From positions 1-64,000 of the forward strand of contig CAWCNY010000002.1 of NCBI GenBank assembly GCA_963797095.1: a stretch of 64,000 nucleotides of DNA, written 5' to 3'. The translations under genes were made by a program, and so were the position numbers. Shown here piece by piece: positions 57,933-64,000 of the stretch. Numbering within the stretch: the stretch's first letter is position 1; every line of letters starts with the position of its first letter. The stretch comes from an uncultured Chloroflexia bacterium. GTDB taxonomy: Bacteria > Chloroflexota > Chloroflexia > QHBQ01 > JADMIH01. The notes below the pieces were generated by a model. It saw only the letters and a list, made by a program, of their open reading frames with translations, was not told where the DNA came from and made no database searches.

Positions 57933-59168
57933 CTAAGGAATCAGGCCGGCCTTCTTCAACCTCTTTCTGACACCCATATCAGACATCTGATACTTACGAG
58001 CTACTGCACGATAGTTGCTCTGCGCTACCTCCCTGGCAAGTACCTCAGCAGGAGGCAACTCCTTGGGAACTGCGTTCTTGCTTCGGGTGCCGCTGCCGTC
58101 TTCCAGGTGCAACTCGTGGCGCAGGTGGTCAAGGGGCCCGTATTTGGCATGTTCAGCCAGCAGGTCCTCTTTGCTGATGTTCAGGTAGTATCTGCGGGTC
58201 GTGTCGAACTGCTCATGTCCCAGCGCTTCTTGCAGCGTAGCGCCCCTCATGCCGTTCCGGTGAGCCTGGGTTGCAAATGTGTGCCTGCAAACGTGGGGAT
58301 GGACAGGCACCCGCGTGATGCCCGACAACTTACTCAGTCGCGTGAATACCAAGCGCAACCCTGCATAAGTCAGGGGAGCACCCTGATGGCTGACCCACAA
58401 TTCCTGAAAGGGCGTGCTCATCTTCAATCGGAAGCGGTGGAGGTATGCCCATAGCTCTCGCCTAGCGAAGTTGCCCACCACTACCTGCCTCTCCCTGTTG
58501 CGCTTCCCACGCACTGTAAATAGCCCCTCGCCTGGGTTGATGTCGCCCACTTTGAGGCTTAGAAGTTCTCCGGCCCGGATACCGCTATCCAGCAAGACAG
58601 CAAGTATGCAGCGGTTGCGCTGCACGGTGAAGGGTAGGCCGAAGTTCTCACAGGCAGCGAATAACTGGGCAATCTCTTCGTCGGTAAACACAGTCACCTG
58701 CCAGCGATTAGGCAGGGACGGCATATCCACCAGGCTGAATGGGTTGCGTGGGAGGTCCGCTTCCTTCGTCGCCCAACGAAAAAAGGCGCGCAGGCTTCGG
58801 GCGAAGCCATGCACGCTGGCAGGGGTTAATGGTTTGCGGCTGCTGGGGCGGCACACACCCCACCGGCCACTGTCGCCTGGGTCCTCCTGCAAATAGACCA
58901 GGAAGGCCCGTATGTACAAGGGGGAAATACTAGAGAGGTTAGTTGGATACCCCTCTTCCTTTAGAAACCATCGGAAGCGCTCCAGATTCCACTGATAGAA
59001 TTGGATTGTTCGGGGGCTGTGTCGCTGCGAGCGATGCTTCAGCAGGAACCCTTGAACATAGAAGTTGAAGTCGTCCGCCGATTCTTGAGTAGACTGTTGG
59101 GGGTACAAGCCGCTGCCGGGCGCTTTGAGGTTTGAGTAGCGATTCCGAATTAGATGCTCGTTTGACAT
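57933..59168 (-). CDS. Tyrosine recombinase/integrase with C-terminal HTH extension
   Basis: SAM-like core-binding domain; catalytic DSGIR, GK, HVCRH, LGH, TTRRY. Confidence 0.93.
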   Translation of the reverse strand: MSNEHLIRNRYSNLKAPGSGLYPQQSTQESADDFNFYVQGFLLKHRSQRHSPRTIQFYQWNLERFRWFLKEEGYPTNLSSISPLYIRAFLVYLQEDPGDSGRWGVCRPSSRKPLTPASVHGFARSLRAFFRWATKEADLPRNPFSLVDMPSLPNRWQVTVFTDEEIAQLFAACENFGLPFTVQRNRCILAVLLDSGIRAGELLSLKVGDINPGEGLFTVRGKRNRERQVVVGNFARRELWAYLHRFRLKMSTPFQELWVSHQGAPLTYAGLRLVFTRLSKLSGITRVPVHPHVCRHTFATQAHRNGMRGATLQEALGHEQFDTTRRYYLNISKEDLLAEHAKYGPLDHLRHELHLEDGSGTRSKNAVPKELPPAEVLAREVAQSNYRAVARKYQMSDMGVRKRLKKAGLIP

Positions 59169-59285
59169 GGGTGTTGTCTCCTATTATAGGAGAGCAATAA
59201 CCCCTCAGCTACTCAATTCACGCCTGAAATCGCTGTCTGGCTAGGTTCTAGGCCCGCAACGAGGTGTAATAAGGTCAAACTCGCA

Positions 59286-59326
59286 ATCCGAAGTCAGATG
59301 CTCTAGTTCGCTGAGCTACGGGCGCA
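59286..59326 (-). repeat. tRNA-Arg 5'-half copy (att site)
   Basis: atccgaagtcagatgctctagttcgctgagctacgggcgca identical to 47535-47575. Confidence 0.95.
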
Positions 59327-59374
59327 AATATCATGAACCGCTGGCTCGTCCAGATAAAGCAAACTATCGTAGTT

Positions 59375-59403
59375 AGCTTACTTCAACAGCTTATTAGTGT
59401 CAA
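59375..59403 (-). promoter_or_regulatory. sigma70 promoter upstream of the tRNA 5' fragment and integrase
   Basis: TTGACA-ctaataagctgttgaag(17)-TAAGCT. Confidence 0.75.
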
Positions 59404-59576
59404 GAAAGCTTGAAATAATGGGTGCACAGAAGCGATGCGCTGGCCTTGTACAACATTCAGATCAAGAAATCCAAGAATACATCAATAGACCATCGACCTT
59501 GCCAACAACACCGTAACCAGCGTATAATTAGTAGTGGTATGATAATATACCGAATCATTGTCTGGAGAGAGCGCCT

Positions 59577-59795
59577 ATGACCAATGGGATGGATGCAGAA
59601 ATGCCTGCACGTAGACGGCCCGGCCGCCCACCCAAAGAAGTCCGCATGAAAGAATTCCCGGTGCATTTTTATATGCAATCGCGGGATAGCTTGGACAGAT
59701 TGAAAAGAGCAGCCGAGACCGAAGGTATGTCTCTTAGCACCTGGGCGCGTACCGTATTACTCAGAGAAGCGCGACATATTCTGCACGATGAATAG
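59577..59795 (+). CDS. AT-hook + RHH-like protein, paralogue of 53753-53953
   Basis: PGRPPK; AAETEGMSLSTWARTVLLREAR; TTGCCA-18-TATAAT upstream (59499-59528). Confidence 0.75.
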   Translation: MTNGMDAEMPARRRPGRPPKEVRMKEFPVHFYMQSRDSLDRLKRAAETEGMSLSTWARTVLLREARHILHDE

Positions 59796-59860
59796 AAGCA
59801 TGAGAGCGTGCACAAGCAGGGTCATGTAAGAGTGTTAGAGCAAATGAAAGGAGACAGAAA

Positions 59861-60130
59861 TTGGCTAGTGTGACGAATCCTGATCACCGTATGATTAGTA
59901 AGACCCCCCTGAACCAGGTGGAGACAAGGCGAGGCAATATTATGCAATCGCCCTACATGTTCAGGAATCTGCCTGGAGAATTGCGTCGTTTGCAGGCATT
60001 CGTACAAGATGTGCGCGTTATGTTGGGCGAGGATGTGCCCGCCCTTATTACGGAAGTGAAGCACCTGCGCCAGGAGAACAAGCGGCTGGAAGCAAGGTTA
60101 GAAGCACTAGAGAACCATAATCAGCAATAA
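59861..60130 (+). CDS. Small coiled-coil hypothetical protein
   Basis: LRQENKRLEARLEALE; start may be ATG 59942. Confidence 0.5.
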   Translation: MASVTNPDHRMISKTPLNQVETRRGNIMQSPYMFRNLPGELRRLQAFVQDVRVMLGEDVPALITEVKHLRQENKRLEARLEALENHNQQ

Positions 60131-60178
60131 TCTTAGCAATCTCTCTCCTAACCCCTGATAACCTATATTTTCTGAATC

Positions 60179-63100
60179 TTAGATGGCACCCACGGCCAGC
60201 AGAGTCACGATGGTCGCGGCAAAGAGGAAAACCGCCAGCCACAGCGGGGCATTCCTCCTGTATAAGGTCCATCCATCCGCCGGTGGCTCGGAAACCGATG
60301 TGAACGCCAGCACCAGCATAGTAGCGAACAGGCCGAGTCGCATGCTGGGCCAACCCATAAGCCAATAGATAACCCCAAAGACCACGGCCAGCGCCAGGTT
60401 AGCCAGCGTGCCCGCAAACATGATGCGCGCCGCCGGGCTGAGGTTGAACCAACCGCTCCCACGCACAGAAACCACGCTTGAGGAGCCAACAGGAACCGCT
60501 TCGAGCGCCGGTGCATCGCCCGTATCGGCTGCCGCTTCGGTCTGCACCTCATATAGAAGGTCGCTCTCTTCGGCGGTGCGTGCTTTCCTGATATTGCCGC
60601 CGCCCTCAGTTGCTTGCATGCCGCCGTCTGCTGTGGTCAGGCGCGTGACGTTCTGCCAGCCGTACATGAAGCCGAATGGTATGCTCACGATACCGAGCAA
60701 TATACCCATAGGCCAGATATGGTGGAGGGTGGATGCACCTGCCTTCCCTGCCACCCAGCGCTGGGCAGCCTCATTCACGCCGAAGGCCAGCAGAGCCATC
60801 ACGAAGGCTACTGGAAGGAACACCAGTGCTACCTCCCACGAACCATGCCCGGCGGCCCAGGCCAACCCTAACATCCCTATCACAGCGGGTATCAGGATCG
60901 AAGTCAGCAAGGCGTTTCTTGTCGCACTGCCCGGCGACACAAGGCGTGGGAAGACAGTCTTGAGCCTGACATCCAGGAGCACGGCCAGGCGGCCTATTAC
61001 CCCCCTTGTCGGGATCAACCCCATGCGATTGGTCATACGGTCGTTGCCGACCAGGGTGTGGAGGAGAAGTAACAACAGGATCGGAAGCGCTCCTGCCTTC
61101 ACCCAGAAATCGAGCGCAGGCGCGTCGGAGGCGGGCAGAATGTCGCGCTCGTCGTAACGCAGGTTGTAGCCCCAGCGCAGGCTGTCCGGGCCGATAGCCT
61201 TGATAGCAGAGGCCTGGGCATCTTCGGCCGTAAAAAAGTTGCCGATACCTGCTTTGTAAGCAGCCGCGGCCAGGTTGTGATCTCCCAGCACGTAAGCCGG
61301 GCTGGCTTTGCCCGCAAGCTCAAGATAAGCCTGGGCTGCCGGATTACCCATCTGCGAATAGAGCACACCCAGGTTGTTCCAGGCCGGGGCCAGCGCCGGG
61401 GAGAGAAGATAAGCTTGCTTGTAGCGGAAAACAGCTTGCGAAAGGTCGCCGCCGGGGGCGCGCCGTAATGCATCGCCTGTTCGGAGAGCTATAATAGCCG
61501 GAACCGGCGTGCCATTGCCCATCCAAAGTGGGCGTCCCACACCGCTGAAGTTCTCGGCATCTTGCAGGTTGAGGATTATGCCTGCCACGCGGTATGCATT
61601 GGCGGCTTCCTTCTCCTGGCCGCCCGCTTCAAGGAGGAGAGCGCCCTGGTATAGCAGTTCTCCGGCGTCCACGTCGTTCGACACGGTGGGCGAGATGGTT
61701 ACCGGGTCATATCCTCCCGCCTTCAAGACATTGATGCCGTCAGTGGTGGTCTTACCGGATGCGAGCGCCGATGCGCGTGCCTGGCCCGCCAGGGCGGCCG
61801 CACGACCGGGTTGCCCGGCACCCAGGCCGTCCAGCAGAGCCCATGCCTTGCCGTAAGTATCGGCGGCTTTCGAATAAAGGGCAGCGGAAGCGTCGCCCGT
61901 AACGGCCTGGGCAGCCGCCTCGTATGCGTAACCGCCATACAGGTAGAGCAGTCCGCCCACTGCGGCGGGTTGGCTGTCAGCACCGGCAGTGATATTGGTC
62001 ACGAGGCTATCGATCAGGTCGGACTTATTCTGCTTGCTCCATGCCATAGCGCGCACAAGATGGGCGTCCATGGTTTCCTGGGCAGCATCGCGGGCCGCTA
62101 GAGAGGCAGTGGTGGTGAGAACGGTGTTTGCCACGCTCACCATATCACCAGCAGAGAGGTCTTTTGCCAGGATACGAAGGGCGGTCTCGGATTGGGCCAG
62201 CGCGCCATCTGTATCGCCACGGGCGAGGAGAGATTGCGAGTAGGAAATGAGAAGAGGCGCGTCGTCCTGGCCGTTGATCGAGAGGGCCGTCTGGTACTCA
62301 CTCTGAGCTTCCGATTCGCGGCCCAGGAAACTCAATAGGCGCCCGCGGTCGTGGTGGATGCGCCCTTGAAAATCTTTGGCAAGCCCGCCGGAGGAAGCCA
62401 GGGCAGCCATATCGCTCAGCATGCGCTCGTAGGCGTGCTGCTCAAGGCCCAGGCGGAGCCATTTGCGATAAAGGTTGTAGGTGGCCTTGCCGGAGAAGAG
62501 AGCGTCGTAGTAGGTCTTGTAGGCGGTGGCCGGGTCGCGCCGTGCCCACTGTGCGTCGCCTAGAGCTTCCTGTGCCAGGTCTCGCGCTTCGTAAAAGGAG
62601 TTCGCCACGTTCTCAGCCGCATCGGGTGCCAGCTGCGCCGTAACGACCTGGTTGAGAAGCGTTATCGCCTCATCAGGCTCGCCCATCCTGAGGGCAGAGA
62701 GCCCCATCCAGAACCGGATAAGCGCGAAATCCTTGGTTTCATCCTTGTCAACCACGGTGCGCATAGCTTCGTAAGCCGACAGGTAGTTGCCCGTAAGGAA
62801 GTTGGCGAGACCCCAGTTATAGGTGTACTGCCATACATCCGGGTTGTCGTTCGCGGCCTGCTGGAAGCCTAAGACCGCCTCACGCTCGCGATTGTATCGG
62901 ATCTCAAGCGTGCTTGATGTGAGCGATACAAGCATGCTCAGCATAGCAAGGCCATTTTGGGCCTTATCGGTGTCATCCATATCCTGATACGTTATCGCCA
63001 GCGAATTTAGCTTGGTACGGTCGGGGTTGGCCTCAAGACCCGAGTTTTTCACTCGGATTTCCAGGCTACCCGTGCTTGAGGCAAATACCTGGCCGACGAT

Positions 63101-63538
63101 AGCACGGCGTGCTTCCTGGCTGGAAGGCTCGAAGTTGAGCACATCGCTCACATCGGGCCATGCCAATTCGAGGTTCTCCTGGTTGCGCTCAATCACCGTC
63201 TTATAAGGAAAGATCATGCTCTCCAGGTCTTTGCTCGTAACCCCTGTGATAACCGAGTTGGTGCCATCCACTCGCGGGGTGAGCAAAGGGGTCGGGTTGG
63301 AAGCCTGGGTAGATAATGGAGCAAAGAGAGTCAGCAGTATCAGGAGCACAAGACCCCCCGACGCCACCATGCGATGCGACTCGATGAAGGATTTCGCTAG
63401 CCTCGAACCGCGGGCCGTCTGAGAGGTCCTGCTTTGGGCAGTGATATTGGCCCCTTGTTTCTTGCCGTCCGCAGGCTGCTTGCCTGCGGATGTTGTTCGT
63501 CCGGCGGTGGGGCGTCGTTGAGTATTAGGTCTGGACAT
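60179..63538 (-). CDS. Large TPR-containing membrane protein
   Basis: N-terminal TM/signal, TPR-like repeats (YNWGLA, AWNNLGVLY), multi-TM C-terminus. Confidence 0.8.
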   Translation of the reverse strand: MSRPNTQRRPTAGRTTSAGKQPADGKKQGANITAQSRTSQTARGSRLAKSFIESHRMVASGGLVLLILLTLFAPLSTQASNPTPLLTPRVDGTNSVITGVTSKDLESMIFPYKTVIERNQENLELAWPDVSDVLNFEPSSQEARRAIVGQVFASSTGSLEIRVKNSGLEANPDRTKLNSLAITYQDMDDTDKAQNGLAMLSMLVSLTSSTLEIRYNREREAVLGFQQAANDNPDVWQYTYNWGLANFLTGNYLSAYEAMRTVVDKDETKDFALIRFWMGLSALRMGEPDEAITLLNQVVTAQLAPDAAENVANSFYEARDLAQEALGDAQWARRDPATAYKTYYDALFSGKATYNLYRKWLRLGLEQHAYERMLSDMAALASSGGLAKDFQGRIHHDRGRLLSFLGRESEAQSEYQTALSINGQDDAPLLISYSQSLLARGDTDGALAQSETALRILAKDLSAGDMVSVANTVLTTTASLAARDAAQETMDAHLVRAMAWSKQNKSDLIDSLVTNITAGADSQPAAVGGLLYLYGGYAYEAAAQAVTGDASAALYSKAADTYGKAWALLDGLGAGQPGRAAALAGQARASALASGKTTTDGINVLKAGGYDPVTISPTVSNDVDAGELLYQGALLLEAGGQEKEAANAYRVAGIILNLQDAENFSGVGRPLWMGNGTPVPAIIALRTGDALRRAPGGDLSQAVFRYKQAYLLSPALAPAWNNLGVLYSQMGNPAAQAYLELAGKASPAYVLGDHNLAAAAYKAGIGNFFTAEDAQASAIKAIGPDSLRWGYNLRYDERDILPASDAPALDFWVKAGALPILLLLLLHTLVGNDRMTNRMGLIPTRGVIGRLAVLLDVRLKTVFPRLVSPGSATRNALLTSILIPAVIGMLGLAWAAGHGSWEVALVFLPVAFVMALLAFGVNEAAQRWVAGKAGASTLHHIWPMGILLGIVSIPFGFMYGWQNVTRLTTADGGMQATEGGGNIRKARTAEESDLLYEVQTEAAADTGDAPALEAVPVGSSSVVSVRGSGWFNLSPAARIMFAGTLANLALAVVFGVIYWLMGWPSMRLGLFATMLVLAFTSVSEPPADGWTLYRRNAPLWLAVFLFAATIVTLLAVGAI

Positions 63539-64000
63539 TATGGAGTCTCCACCGGAATGTATTTAGAGCCGTCCCAGCGCCAGGTCTGTACACCTGCCAC
63601 ATTATCAGCAATGACCTCCCACTTGCCGTCCTCGTCAAGGTCGGCCATATTCACATCCAGGTCGGCATCGAAGACCGCGTCCTGCTCAGGGCCGCCACCT
63701 GCGGGAACCATGCGAAGTGGCTCACCTGCGTGGGTATCTTTGTTCCACTTGAATAGTTGGAGATGGGCCGCTCCATCGAGGGTGGTAGTGCGAAGCGCTA
63801 GAACACGGTCAGAGGTGCCAAGAAGCGTGTTGCCGTTCCACCCTCCGGGTTGGTTGGCCGATGGAATCAGGCGCGCTACACCTGAGATTGGCACCGATTG
63901 CCAGGCAAGGTTCCACTCCCGATAAACAGGGTCCCAGGAGCCAACACCCAGGGCGCTGGTGACTTCTTCCGTTAATGGGTGAGTCACTCCCAGGCGCGAC
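63538..64000 (-). CDS. Hypothetical protein, C-terminal part (frame open to window end)
   Basis: DLDEDGKWEV FG-GAP-like motif, WRWDGSKY; stop overlaps start of TPR gene. Confidence 0.65.
   Translation of the reverse strand, partial: SRLGVTHPLTEEVTSALGVGSWDPVYREWNLAWQSVPISGVARLIPSANQPGGWNGNTLLGTSDRVLALRTTTLDGAAHLQLFKWNKDTHAGEPLRMVPAGGGPEQDAVFDADLDVNMADLDEDGKWEVIADNVAGVQTWRWDGSKYIPVETP

Larger units (their letters stand above)
47575..59285. mobile_element. Integrative element (tyrosine integrase + prim-pol, satellite/IME-like) inserted in tRNA-Arg with 5'-half duplication
   Basis: 41-bp direct repeat 47535-47575 = 59286-59326; integrase adjacent to the right copy. Confidence 0.88.

Noticed and set aside
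47575-59285. Prophage or conjugative element
   Set aside because: No capsid, terminase, tail, relaxase or T4SS genes recognised

Overview
Bacterial chromosome, most likely Chloroflexota (inferred from YFxxTGH surface-protein repeats, RibXY under an FMN riboswitch, a CtaA-CtaB fusion and an AGAAC-N4-GT(T/G)CT LexA-like box). 1-17.1 kb is a co-directional minus-strand block: ASRT-domain protein, pyruvate oxidase, F420-type reductase, enolase-superfamily enzyme, FAD/Fe-S oxidoreductase, amylo-1,6-glucosidase, DUF296 and SDR, running directly into a caa3-type cytochrome c oxidase operon. 17.3-37.6 kb is mostly housekeeping: two arginine-deiminase paralogues (one lacking the catalytic Cys), ABC/MFS transporters, HDAC, rsmA, ispE and ribXY. 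37.8-59.3 kb is a hotspot of tandem islands around one tRNA-Arg(TCG). Two integrase-less islands downstream are bounded by tRNA 3'-half copies (one holds only dnaE2, the other toxin-antitoxin and immunity-like cargo). The most notable element is an ~11.7 kb tyrosine-integrase/prim-pol island upstream that duplicates the tRNA 5' half and carries its own copy of the tRNA promoter. It also has a hairpin-dense non-coding tract starting with a tRNA-like domain, an integrase with a C-terminal HTH, and an EVE-REase plus Type IIG R-M cassette. All calls come from motif recognition by eye; no searches were run.
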